Source of the DNA: a virus
Virus record (IMG/VR): IMGVR_UViG_3300020414_000004
Strand: one strand, 5' to 3'
DNA: 36,467 nucleotides
The notes under the pieces are model-generated. The model did not search any database. It saw only the letters and a list, made by a program, of their open reading frames with translations, and was not told the DNA's origin. Each line of letters begins with the position of its first letter. Within the stretch, counting starts at the first letter, position 1. A program made the position numbers and the translations under genes. Below, piece by piece: positions 8,627 through 17,239 of the stretch.

Positions 8627-9634
8627 ATGAGCGATAACAACGAGACCGCTTCTCAAGATCCAACAGAAAAAGCCGAGTCTATTTTCCTGGATATGCTTAC
8701 TCCCGAAGAGGAAAAACAAGCAGAGCCAGAACAAGAGACAGAGCAAGAAGAGTCGGAAGAAACGGAAATAGAGACTGAGGTAGAGGCGGAAGCTGAAACC
8801 GAGGAAGAAATAGAAGAGGAAGCCGACGAGCGATCCGAAGAGGACGAAGTAGAAGACCAGGGCGAAGAGGAGCCTCAAGTTTTCACTGTTAATGTAAACG
8901 GAGAAAATTTGGAGGTAGACCTTGACGAGCTAAAGGCCGGATACAGTCGTCAGAAAGATTACACAAAAAAGACACAAGAGGTAGCAGAGCAGAGAAAACT
9001 TGCCGAACAACAACAGCAAGAATTTAATGCTAAAAATCTCGAACTGTCTGAGGAAAGAGCGTTATATAACGACTTATTACCTAAGATGCAGATGATGATA
9101 AAAAATAATCTGCGACAAGAGCCGAATTGGCAACAGTTAATCGACCAGGATCCTCAAGAATATTTGAGGCAAAAGGAAGAGTGGAATAAAACAGGCGAAA
9201 CGCTGAAATTTGTAGAAAACGAAATGAATCGTTTGAAACAAGAGCAAGAACTTGAAAGCCAGGCGGCTTTAAGATCACAAGCGGTAGAAGGCCAAAAGCT
9301 AATAGACGAGAAAATTCCAGAATGGAAAGACAACGAATTAGCAAAAAAAGAAGCTGAGTCAATGATGACTTATGCAAAAGGTTTAGGTTTCACTCAAGAA
9401 GAACTGTCACAAATTTATGACGGGCGACTTATTCTCTTATTGAGAGACGCTTGGTCACACAGCAAAGTAAAAAAGGCCGTGAAGACCAAACCGAAAGAAG
9501 CTCCGGCAAGAATTTCTAAGCCAGGAAACTCTAACAAAATCAAAAGTAATACTCCGTTAAAGAACGCTAAATCGAAACTAAGGAAAAGCGGAAGCGTAAG
9601 CGATGCGGCCAAGGTTTTCGAGCAACTTTTATAA
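8627..9634 (+). CDS. Scaffolding protein
   Basis: Directly upstream of the capsid gene. Extremely acidic N-terminal tract followed by long coiled-coil-like K/E/Q-rich sequence. Confidence 0.7.
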   Translation: MSDNNETASQDPTEKAESIFLDMLTPEEEKQAEPEQETEQEESEETEIETEVEAEAETEEEIEEEADERSEEDEVEDQGEEEPQVFTVNVNGENLEVDLDELKAGYSRQKDYTKKTQEVAEQRKLAEQQQQEFNAKNLELSEERALYNDLLPKMQMMIKNNLRQEPNWQQLIDQDPQEYLRQKEEWNKTGETLKFVENEMNRLKQEQELESQAALRSQAVEGQKLIDEKIPEWKDNELAKKEAESMMTYAKGLGFTQEELSQIYDGRLILLLRDAWSHSKVKKAVKTKPKEAPARISKPGNSNKIKSNTPLKNAKSKLRKSGSVSDAAKVFEQLL

Positions 9635-9665
9635 CAACTAAATAATCTTTAAGGAGGATTATAAA

Positions 9666-10607
9666 ATGGCAAAAGTCACAAATGCTTTTACTACTTATGA
9701 TGCTACTGCGGATCGTGAAGAACTATCGAACACGATTTTTAACATTGATCCATCAAGTACACCATTTATGTCAGCACTAGGAACTAAGAACGTTTCTAAT
9801 GTTGTTTTCGATTGGCAAACTGAAAACTTACCGGCGGTAAGTGCAACAGGAGAAATTGAAGGTTTTGAAATTTCTCGTGCGGCATCTACTCCAACTGTAA
9901 GGGAAAGTAATGTTTGTCAAATTAACTCAGTCAATGCGACAATTTCCGGATCTCAAGAAGGTAGTGACCCGGCGGGTAAAAGGTCAGAAATGGCACACCA
10001 ACTCGCTATTATGTCTAAGGCCCTTAAGAGAAATATGGAAACTGCATTGTGCCAAAACCAGGCTAAAAATGCCGGTAATGCTTCAACTGCAAGAGCTACA
10101 AGATCTTTCGAGGCTTGGGTTTCTACTAATGTAAGCAGAGGTACTGGGGGAGCTAACGGATCCGCAAGTGCGGCCGCTACTGATGCCTCTTCTGGAAACA
10201 GACGAGCACTAACTGAAGCACTTTTGAAAGGTGTTTTACAGTCTATGTTTACAAATGGAGCAGAGCCTAAATTAGCAATCGCCGGGCCAGTAAATAAACA
10301 AGTTATTTCTGGTTTTACTGGAAGAGCTAACACTAGAGCGACTGTTGATGTAAACACAGTAAGCTCAAGCGTTTCAATTTATGCGTCTGATTTCGGAAAT
10401 CTAGAAATAATTCCGTCAAACAGAAGCAGAGACAGGTCTCTACTTTTAGTAGATCCAGAGTACGCTAAAGTGTGTTTCTTAAGAAACTTTAAAACAGTAG
10501 ACATCGCCGCTATCGGTGATGCTGAAACTAAACTATTACTCGCTGAGTATGGTTTGGAAGTTTCTAACGAAGCCGCTCACGGAATCGTAGCTGATTTAAC
10601 TACATAA
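9666..10607 (+). CDS. Major capsid protein (DUF5309/HK97-fold type)
   Basis: Strong SD aaggagg. The N-terminus TYDATADREELSNTIFNIDPSSTPFMSALGTK...FDWQTENL is typical of this capsid family. 313 aa. Confidence 0.85.
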   Translation: MAKVTNAFTTYDATADREELSNTIFNIDPSSTPFMSALGTKNVSNVVFDWQTENLPAVSATGEIEGFEISRAASTPTVRESNVCQINSVNATISGSQEGSDPAGKRSEMAHQLAIMSKALKRNMETALCQNQAKNAGNASTARATRSFEAWVSTNVSRGTGGANGSASAAATDASSGNRRALTEALLKGVLQSMFTNGAEPKLAIAGPVNKQVISGFTGRANTRATVDVNTVSSSVSIYASDFGNLEIIPSNRSRDRSLLLVDPEYAKVCFLRNFKTVDIAAIGDAETKLLLAEYGLEVSNEAAHGIVADLTT

Positions 10608-10614
10608 TAAATAT

Positions 10615-10645
10615 TGGGGCCCTGGTTTATTCTCCTGGGGCCCCA
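10615..10645 (+). terminator. GC-rich hairpin after the capsid gene (attenuator/terminator-like, no clear U-tract)
   Basis: tggggccc(tgg)...(cct)gggcccca. Confidence 0.45.
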
Positions 10646-10657
10646 CTATGATCAGCT

Positions 10658-10948
10658 ATGAAAAGAACAACGCTCATTGCCAATAAATCTGGCCTTAAAA
10701 CTGAATTCCACACGGAAGACGGAAAGGGAGTCACAACGACTACCCAGGATGTCAGCAATACTATTGGTTATGTTAAGCAACTAAGAGATAACGCCCCTGG
10801 GAAAGATTTACGTCACGTAGCAGAGGTGCCCCTGGTCATCTGGGAAAAAGCAGTCCAGGAAGGTTGGCACAAAGACAAAGCAAAGTGGCGTCAATGGTTA
10901 AACAACCCAGACAACGCCATTTTTAGAACTTGGCCAGGAAAGGTTTGA
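10658..10948 (+). CDS. Conserved hypothetical head-module protein
   Basis: 96-aa ORF with VPLVIWEKAVQEGWHKDKAKWRQWLNNPDNAIFRTWPGKV. Confidence 0.6.
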   Translation: MKRTTLIANKSGLKTEFHTEDGKGVTTTTQDVSNTIGYVKQLRDNAPGKDLRHVAEVPLVIWEKAVQEGWHKDKAKWRQWLNNPDNAIFRTWPGKV

Positions 10949-10949
10949 T

Positions 10950-11600
10950 ATGAATTACACAGAATTAAAAACGCAAATTTCAAATTATCTTAATAGATCA
11001 GACCTAGATAATGTCCTGGACGATTTTATTAAACATACTGAGGCCGAGGTTAATAGAAAACTAAGGCACAAAGATATGATGAAAAGAGTGACGGCCGTCG
11101 CTGATACACAATATGTTCAATTACCTGGCGATTGGCTAGGGGCCGTTAATATAGATATTCAAAACACAAACCCGACAGTTAATTTGAAACAATTAAGCCT
11201 GGAGTCAATGGATGATTATAGAACTGCAAACGATGATCCTACCGGACAACCTAAATATTTTGCAGTAGACGGCGACACTTTAGAATTGGCCCCAACACCA
11301 GACCAGGAATACACGCTACAAATGGTTTATTATGCGGAACTACCGCCCCTGGGAACTGTCAATACAGAAAATTTTTTATCAAGAACTGCCCCCGATGTTT
11401 ATTTATATGGGGCCTTGAAACACGCTTCTATTTATTTAATGGAAGATCAAAGAATTCCTTTATTTGTCCAATACTTTGAAAAAGCAATGGAAGAACTAAG
11501 GATGCAACAGGCGAAAGCGGATTATCACAAGGGATCCTTAATTTTAAAAAGGCGAACTTATGGCAAACCAAAATCGCAAAATTACTACTATAAAAGCTAA
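10950..11600 (+). CDS. Head-tail adaptor/connector protein (putative)
   Basis: 216 aa. Position after the capsid gene. N-terminal YTELKTQISNYLNRSDLDNVLDDFIKHTEAEVNRKL resembles adaptor families. Confidence 0.55.
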   Translation: MNYTELKTQISNYLNRSDLDNVLDDFIKHTEAEVNRKLRHKDMMKRVTAVADTQYVQLPGDWLGAVNIDIQNTNPTVNLKQLSLESMDDYRTANDDPTGQPKYFAVDGDTLELAPTPDQEYTLQMVYYAELPPLGTVNTENFLSRTAPDVYLYGALKHASIYLMEDQRIPLFVQYFEKAMEELRMQQAKADYHKGSLILKRRTYGKPKSQNYYYKS

Positions 11601-11620
11601 ATTATAAGGAGGAACTTACT

Positions 11621-12004
11621 ATGGCCGGTTTTAGTGATTTTTTAGAGACGAAAGTCTTAGAACACGTATTTGGTGGCTCGGCTTATACAGCCCCAGGTAC
11701 TTTACATATAGCCCTTTACACGGCGGCACCATCAGATTCCGGAGGCGGAACTGAGGTATCTGGCGGAGCATATGCTCGACAAACGGCGACTTTTAATGTC
11801 AGTGGAAACACGGCAACTAACGCCGCAAATGTTGAATATGCTACGGCAACGGCAGATTATGGAACTGTGGTTGCGATGGGTATTTTTGACGCCGCTACAA
11901 GCGGAAACTTACTTGCATACGGAACGCTAACTACTTCAAAAAGTGTTAGTACCGGAGATGTGTTTAGATTTAACGCTTCTGCGATAGATATTACACTTAC
12001 ATAG
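11621..12004 (+). CDS. Small virion/tail-fibre-associated protein
   Basis: Strong SD aaggagg. 127 aa, rich in G/A/T/S, with a LHIALYTAAPSDSGGGTEVSGGAYARQ motif. Confidence 0.6.
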   Translation: MAGFSDFLETKVLEHVFGGSAYTAPGTLHIALYTAAPSDSGGGTEVSGGAYARQTATFNVSGNTATNAANVEYATATADYGTVVAMGIFDAATSGNLLAYGTLTTSKSVSTGDVFRFNASAIDITLT

Positions 12005-12016
12005 TAGAGGTCTTTA

Positions 12017-13594
12017 ATGTCCTCTGTTCCTTACGGCAGTTATTTCTATGGGCGTTCCAGGTACGGAACGCCTGGATACCATTTTGCTGAGTCAGATATA
12101 AGTGGCACGGCGGGTGTTAGTCAATCTCCTAGTTTGACTTTTACTATCCTGGGCCCGGAAACTGTTGCTCAAGGGACAAGTGCGTCCATCCAGGGTAATC
12201 ATATATTTCAACAAAGCACAAATATTAATGGTGTATCTGCTACAAACGCTGATTATCGTAGAGTAAGGCTAGGAATACCTCTTGCTATTTCTGAGGGATC
12301 CGGAAGCCTGGTACACGGAACACAGGTCGACCAGGCGGAAACATTTATCCTGGTCACTTCGGGTCATACTGCGACTGGAAATCAAATTGACCAGGGCCAG
12401 GTTTCTATTTCACTTGCATCGGCTTCTAACCAAACCGGCACACAAATTGATCTAGGAGCAACAAGTTTAAGCGAAACCTCGTCACAGACGGCCGTCGGCA
12501 CACAAATTGACTTAGGCCAGGTAAACCCTCAAGGAACATCATCGACAGTATCAGTAGGAACACAAATTGATTTAGGGGCCACAACCTCTATAAACGAGGT
12601 AGCAAATGTTTTAACCTTAAATCCACAATATCAAAGTCAATATATAGACTTTTATGTTGAGCCTTATGGAGGAGGGAATGCTTTTTCTCCATATAGTCCA
12701 GGATCTCCCAGGTCGGATATTATTTTAAAACCAGGTTTTACAATTAGGTTATATCAAGAAGATGCTACAAACGCCGGGCATCCAATATTTTTATCGGCCG
12801 TGCCAGATGGCGTCCATAATGCACAAAATGCACATATTTCTTTAAGAAAAGATAGTAGCGGGAATGAATATCTACAAATGTCGGCCGCCTCAGACAATGA
12901 TCAAAACCCAGGAGGAACAGGCACAAAACAAAGAAGAACTATTTATATTAATAATGCTGATACATCTGGCCAGGCCCCAACATATACGGGCAATGCTTAT
13001 CCTTATGTTTATCCAACAACAACAGTCACAAAAGATCCACAAGTCACGGCCACTATTGGATCCGTTGTTGTAAATGGCCTTAATATTTTGACAATAAATG
13101 GTTTACCGGCTTATCAAGCGGTAGCGGATACAAGCACAGGCACGGCAAATGCAACCGGAGCCACATTTAAAGCACTTTCAGCGAATGGAACTCCACACAC
13201 AACAGCTCCGGCATCTGCTTTTGTTTTTGACTCTTTATTCTGGGTAGGAGCAACATATGTTGGTACACCTGGAACAACCGGGGCCTATTTAACAGTCAAT
13301 AACATTACGGCCACTACACCACAATTATATTATTTTTGTGCAAACCACCCTGGTATGGGAGGCCAGGCCGATATAGGATCCGTGCAACCAGGCGTTGAAG
13401 CCACATTCTTGTTAGTAGGCTCGACCAATGTCAATTCGGAATCTGGACTTTTATCAAGTGGTATTAGGCGATATTTTCTAGAGGCTTCAATGTCGTCGTC
13501 CTCTAGTATTTTAAGTGATGGCGGTTTAAAATGGACATTGCAAAGTGCAACCGCTACCACCTGGACACAACAAAAAATTGCACGAACTCCATAA
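12017..13594 (+). CDS. Tail-fibre-like protein with five 20-aa tandem repeats and a cupredoxin-like motif
   Basis: GTQIDLG repeats, and the motifs GFTIRLYQEDATNAGHPIFL and YYFCANHPGMGG. Confidence 0.65.
   Translation: MSSVPYGSYFYGRSRYGTPGYHFAESDISGTAGVSQSPSLTFTILGPETVAQGTSASIQGNHIFQQSTNINGVSATNADYRRVRLGIPLAISEGSGSLVHGTQVDQAETFILVTSGHTATGNQIDQGQVSISLASASNQTGTQIDLGATSLSETSSQTAVGTQIDLGQVNPQGTSSTVSVGTQIDLGATTSINEVANVLTLNPQYQSQYIDFYVEPYGGGNAFSPYSPGSPRSDIILKPGFTIRLYQEDATNAGHPIFLSAVPDGVHNAQNAHISLRKDSSGNEYLQMSAASDNDQNPGGTGTKQRRTIYINNADTSGQAPTYTGNAYPYVYPTTTVTKDPQVTATIGSVVVNGLNILTINGLPAYQAVADTSTGTANATGATFKALSANGTPHTTAPASAFVFDSLFWVGATYVGTPGTTGAYLTVNNITATTPQLYYFCANHPGMGGQADIGSVQPGVEATFLLVGSTNVNSESGLLSSGIRRYFLEASMSSSSSILSDGGLKWTLQSATATTWTQQKIARTP
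12317..12616 (+). repeat. Five in-frame 60-bp tandem repeats (conserved 24-bp head, variable 36-bp tail)
   Basis: Heads begin at 12317, 12377, 12437, 12497 and 12557. The last three read gg(c/a)acacaaattga(t/c)(c/t)tagg. Confidence 0.85.
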
Positions 13595-13609
13595 AAAATA
13601 GGAAATATT

Positions 13610-14758
13610 ATGAGCGATACATTTACTAATAATCTAAATTTAACAAAACCGGCCGTTGGCGGATCTACGGACACCTGGGGTACAAAAATAAATAATGACC
13701 TAGACGCTGTTGATGCAATTTTTTCAGCTACGGGAACTGAGGTTAATGTTAGATTTAATACTGCAAATTTTGATGATAATAAAAAGGCGTTGTTTGGTAC
13801 AGGCGATGATCTTGAAATTTATCATAATGTAAATAATTTTATAGCCGGGACTCCAAAACTACAAATTCAATCAGACGACACGACTGATGGTGTTGAGATA
13901 GGATCTTTCACAGGATCAGAGGTAATGGCTAAATTTACAAAAGACGGGGCCGTCAGTCTTTACCACGATAATTCTTTAAAACTTGCCACGGCATCAAGCG
14001 GAGTTTCCATAACTGGAGACATAGCTGTTTCTGGTACAGTCGATGGAGTCGATATTGCGGCCTTGAACACAACTGTTGCCGGAAAAGCAAACACAAGTAG
14101 CCTGGCAACTGTCGCAACCTCTGGGGCCTATTCTGATTTAACAGGAGCTCCAACTATTCCTACGAATACTAACCAACTTACTAATGGGGCCGGGTTTACT
14201 ACCTACTCATCAAACCAGGCGACAGATTCAACTAGCTCAGTCAGTTTTAATAATGTTGGAATAAATGCAAATGGCCATTTAACTTTAGGTACCGGAACTT
14301 GGACTGGAGAAACCTCTGGAAAAATTCAAAGGCACTCAACCCATTTATATTTCCAAACAGATAACAGTGGTAATTTTATTTTTAGAAACTCAAACGGAGG
14401 CGAGGGTTTTTATGTAGTAGCTTCAAGCGGAGCGGTAGTGAGCTCAAATAACATTACGGCTTATTCTGATATTCGTCTGAAAAAAGATGTCAAAACCATT
14501 GAAAATGCTCTTGATAAAGTGACTAAATTGCGAGGTGTTGAATATACCAGGATTGAAAACGAGGAAAGAGAAATAGGTGTTATTGCACAAGAAGTGAAAG
14601 AGGTCATTCCAGAACTAGTCACAGTAAACGAAAACTCTGATAGTTTTGATAATGGAATAAAAGATATTCACACGATGAAATATCAAAACACAGTCGGTTT
14701 GCTTATTGAAGCTATTAAAGAGTTAGAGAAAAAAGTTTCAGATTTAGAGGGTAAATAA
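13610..14758 (+). CDS. Tail fibre with a C-terminal S74-type intramolecular chaperone (self-cleaving) domain
   Basis: YSDIRLKKDVKTIENALDKVTKLRGVEYTR...IGVIAQEVKEVIPELV. Confidence 0.8.
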   Translation: MSDTFTNNLNLTKPAVGGSTDTWGTKINNDLDAVDAIFSATGTEVNVRFNTANFDDNKKALFGTGDDLEIYHNVNNFIAGTPKLQIQSDDTTDGVEIGSFTGSEVMAKFTKDGAVSLYHDNSLKLATASSGVSITGDIAVSGTVDGVDIAALNTTVAGKANTSSLATVATSGAYSDLTGAPTIPTNTNQLTNGAGFTTYSSNQATDSTSSVSFNNVGINANGHLTLGTGTWTGETSGKIQRHSTHLYFQTDNSGNFIFRNSNGGEGFYVVASSGAVVSSNNITAYSDIRLKKDVKTIENALDKVTKLRGVEYTRIENEEREIGVIAQEVKEVIPELVTVNENSDSFDNGIKDIHTMKYQNTVGLLIEAIKELEKKVSDLEGK

Positions 14759-15372
14759 TGCCAGTACCTAGTAGTGGAGCGATATCCTTAAATCAATTTC
14801 ACGTTGAAGCCGGTGGCACAAGCGGCACCACTTGTACTATTAATGACTCCGATATCAGAGCTCTAATTGGAAAATCATCTGCAACCACAATGTCTTTCAA
14901 TGAATGGTACGGGGCCACTTCTTCAGCATCAAACGGCTCGTCAATTACTTGTGGAACTCATAGTACGACCGGAAAATATGCCGCCACTTATAGAGGTTAT
15001 GCCGATAATGCGGCTATTGGCGGCGGAGCGGCGATGGGATCTTATACTGATAGATCATTCACAGTAAATGGAAACACTTTTGACTTGTTAGGAATTATGA
15101 GCAACACGGGAGGAATTTTCCAATTACACTCAATTTATCTTTCCGGAAATTACAATAATCAATCTTTATCGTCGGTCACAGGATTTAGATATTTAAGAAA
15201 TGGCTCTGCTTATGTTTTTGACAGTAATATGACTGATTACTTAGGGAGTGCAATGGTCGGACTTTATAACTCGACTAGAAACGACACAGTATGGTCGGCC
15301 CTCTCATCATCAAACACAAGTATTTCTTCGCTTCCTTCAAGCGGAACTGTCAATTTTTATTGGAGTAATTAA
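14758..15372 (+). CDS. Putative tail-fibre/host-recognition protein
   Basis: 204 aa, ATGA-coupled to the fibre gene. S/T/G/N-rich, with an N-terminal SGAISLNQF...MSFNEWYG motif. Confidence 0.55.
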   Translation: MPVPSSGAISLNQFHVEAGGTSGTTCTINDSDIRALIGKSSATTMSFNEWYGATSSASNGSSITCGTHSTTGKYAATYRGYADNAAIGGGAAMGSYTDRSFTVNGNTFDLLGIMSNTGGIFQLHSIYLSGNYNNQSLSSVTGFRYLRNGSAYVFDSNMTDYLGSAMVGLYNSTRNDTVWSALSSSNTSISSLPSSGTVNFYWSN

Positions 15373-15467
15373 TGGTAGACGAAAAAGAAAAAGAGCAACC
15401 TAGTCCAAGTCCGGAAAACATTTTCGTTCCGTCAGAAATGCCAATAACAGAAACAGAGGAAATATAA
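15372..15467 (+). CDS. 31-aa acidic peptide, hypothetical
   Basis: MVDEKEKEQPSPSPENIFVPSEMPITETEEI, with TAATG overlaps at both ends. Confidence 0.3.
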   Translation: MVDEKEKEQPSPSPENIFVPSEMPITETEEI

Positions 15468-16180
15468 TGAGTTTAATTTATGAGTTTGTTTGTAAGGACG
15501 ATTCCTGGGTACATAATTTTGACAACGAAATTCAAGTCACAATCGTTGAGGGGAAAATTGGCGACAAAATAACAAGGGAAAAACTTGAGGACAATGTTGA
15601 CGGCGACAACCTGGTTTATGACAGTCAAAGCGACAAAATTTTTAAAAGGCCTAATAAAATGATTTGCATCCAGGGCAGTATAGAGATGAATAACTTTTGG
15701 TCAAACGAGGGCATAGAGGCCACGGACATTGATAGGCTAAAAGAATTAACTGCTAATGACAAAAATAAAACCGGTGTATATAGCGAAAGCACAACCGCCG
15801 ATGCAATTTCAAACAAAGCATTTAACAGCACTTACCAATTTAATTGTGATTATGATGTTTTGTCCCCAATGTCTAGAGAGTGGGCCCTGGCGACACCTGG
15901 AACATTAAAAGCAACGTCAACCGACACCAGGCTTTTTTGTATGCTAACTGAACGATCAGATTATCAAATAAAAATTTTAGATATATTGCCTGGCGACTTA
16001 AAAACAATAAACAGAGATCAAAGCAAAACACTAAGTTATGTTTTCTTTTCTCAAAAATGCTCAATAAGAAACGGGGCCGGAGTTTGTGATCAATATTCTG
16101 TCAAAAAATTACAAAGCGACACTATTGATATAAGAAACCTGGGCGATCTAACCGCAAGAATTATTTTAATAGAGAGGTAA
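15467..16180 (+). CDS. Hypothetical protein (accessory cassette, member 1)
   Basis: 237-aa ORF with no motif I recognise. Confidence 0.6.
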   Translation: MSLIYEFVCKDDSWVHNFDNEIQVTIVEGKIGDKITREKLEDNVDGDNLVYDSQSDKIFKRPNKMICIQGSIEMNNFWSNEGIEATDIDRLKELTANDKNKTGVYSESTTADAISNKAFNSTYQFNCDYDVLSPMSREWALATPGTLKATSTDTRLFCMLTERSDYQIKILDILPGDLKTINRDQSKTLSYVFFSQKCSIRNGAGVCDQYSVKKLQSDTIDIRNLGDLTARIILIER

Positions 16181-16183
16181 ATT

Positions 16184-17041
16184 ATGGCGTGGAATTTAAT
16201 AAAAATGGGTAAAAGCATACACCACTTAATGACTACATATGGCGAGGGAAATGATCTTGAGCCAATGGAAAAAGACCTAACAGGCGAGAGCCGTGTGGAT
16301 CACGTTGTGTCTTTATATAGAGAAATGAATGTTCCGTTTGGAATAATGATGATGTTTAAAAATAGAGTTTCAGAAAACGGAAGACACATAATCTGGGGTA
16401 GAAAATGGAATGACCGAGAATATGTTGAAAAAACAGTAATACCAAAATTAATGGATTATGATTATTTATCATCATTGCCACCTAATACAGTAGGTGCTCA
16501 CTATTACAATCTAATAAAAGATTTTGGAATTGAAAAACTTTACAACCAAAGATTCAAAAAAGAGGAAAAAAGAGAGGGCGGGATTAATAATCTTTATAAT
16601 TCTTTTAGCGATGACATAAGAGAAAACACCTCCAGGCACTTATTGTTAAGTCACGATATTTGGCACGTTTTATTTAGATATGACACAACGCCAATGGGCG
16701 AGGCTATGATCCAAACAATAACGGCCAGAATATTTAATTTTTTCCCACCGCATTTAACAGGATTTTTTGGTACCTGGAAGATGGCACAAAAGACCGGGAG
16801 CAAACTGCCTTGGAAAGTTTGGAAAGAATGTCTAAAACTTTCAAAGGGCGTTAATAAAGAGTTGGCCTTATATAGTCCGATTGAATTTTTAGAACACGAC
16901 ATTCAAGAAGTAAGAGACAGATTTAATATATTTACACCTAAAGTCTACGCTGAATATGTTAAGTCTTTGCCAAAATTTTCTAGAATGGACACGATCCACC
17001 CTAATTATCAAGACAAAGTATGGAACTCAGAAATAATTTAA
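16184..17041 (+). CDS. Coq4-family (ubiquinone biosynthesis Coq4-like) metal-binding protein
   Basis: SHDIWHVLFRYDTTPMGEAM fits the Coq4 signature HDxxH-x11-E (compare eukaryotic HDxxHxLLGxxTNxLGE). Confidence 0.55.
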   Translation: MAWNLIKMGKSIHHLMTTYGEGNDLEPMEKDLTGESRVDHVVSLYREMNVPFGIMMMFKNRVSENGRHIIWGRKWNDREYVEKTVIPKLMDYDYLSSLPPNTVGAHYYNLIKDFGIEKLYNQRFKKEEKREGGINNLYNSFSDDIRENTSRHLLLSHDIWHVLFRYDTTPMGEAMIQTITARIFNFFPPHLTGFFGTWKMAQKTGSKLPWKVWKECLKLSKGVNKELALYSPIEFLEHDIQEVRDRFNIFTPKVYAEYVKSLPKFSRMDTIHPNYQDKVWNSEII

Positions 17042-17238
17042 AATGGAATTGGCCCATATTAACAAAAATCAAAAAGGTTTATAAAGAAAAGGGCCTGGCT
17101 AAAACTGTTTTATGGATCCTAGTTATATTTCTAGGAATAAAACTTGTGATCCTAAACGGAATTATTTTTATATTAAATAATGTTTTTGGCACTGCTTTTG
17201 AATATGCCCCAATATTAAGATTTATTTTCGGAGGTTAG
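17020..17238 (+). CDS. Small membrane protein (accessory cassette, member 3)
   Basis: 72 aa with two hydrophobic segments (TVLWILVIFLGIKLVILNGIIFILNNVF). Confidence 0.45.
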   Translation: MELRNNLKWNWPILTKIKKVYKEKGLAKTVLWILVIFLGIKLVILNGIIFILNNVFGTAFEYAPILRFIFGG

Positions 17239-17239
17239 A

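Noticed and set aside
8612-8878. 88-aa minus-strand ORF rich in L and F
   Set aside because: It is the mirror image of the GAA/GAG-rich acidic tract of the scaffold gene and is an artefact of low-complexity sequence.
8627-8880. Acidic E-rich tract of the scaffold as a separate anti-restriction (DNA-mimic) gene
   Set aside because: It is continuous in frame with a typical coiled-coil scaffold body located directly upstream of the capsid gene. Acidic N-termini are common in scaffolds.
9910-10357. ORFs 9910-10134 (+) and 9953-10357 (-) inside the capsid gene
   Set aside because: They overlap the best-supported gene in the window (strong SD, family-typical N-terminus). Nothing independent supports them.
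12317-12616. CRISPR array or DGR variable/template repeat
   Set aside because: The repeats are in frame within a long CDS and contiguous with an exact 60-bp period. No cas genes or reverse transcriptase are present anywhere in the genome, and there is no second template copy.
12864-15067. Out-of-frame ORFs 12864-13073, 13330-13674 (-), 13953-14153 (-) and 14867-15067
   Set aside because: They are embedded in the tail-fibre CDSs and are typical shadow frames.
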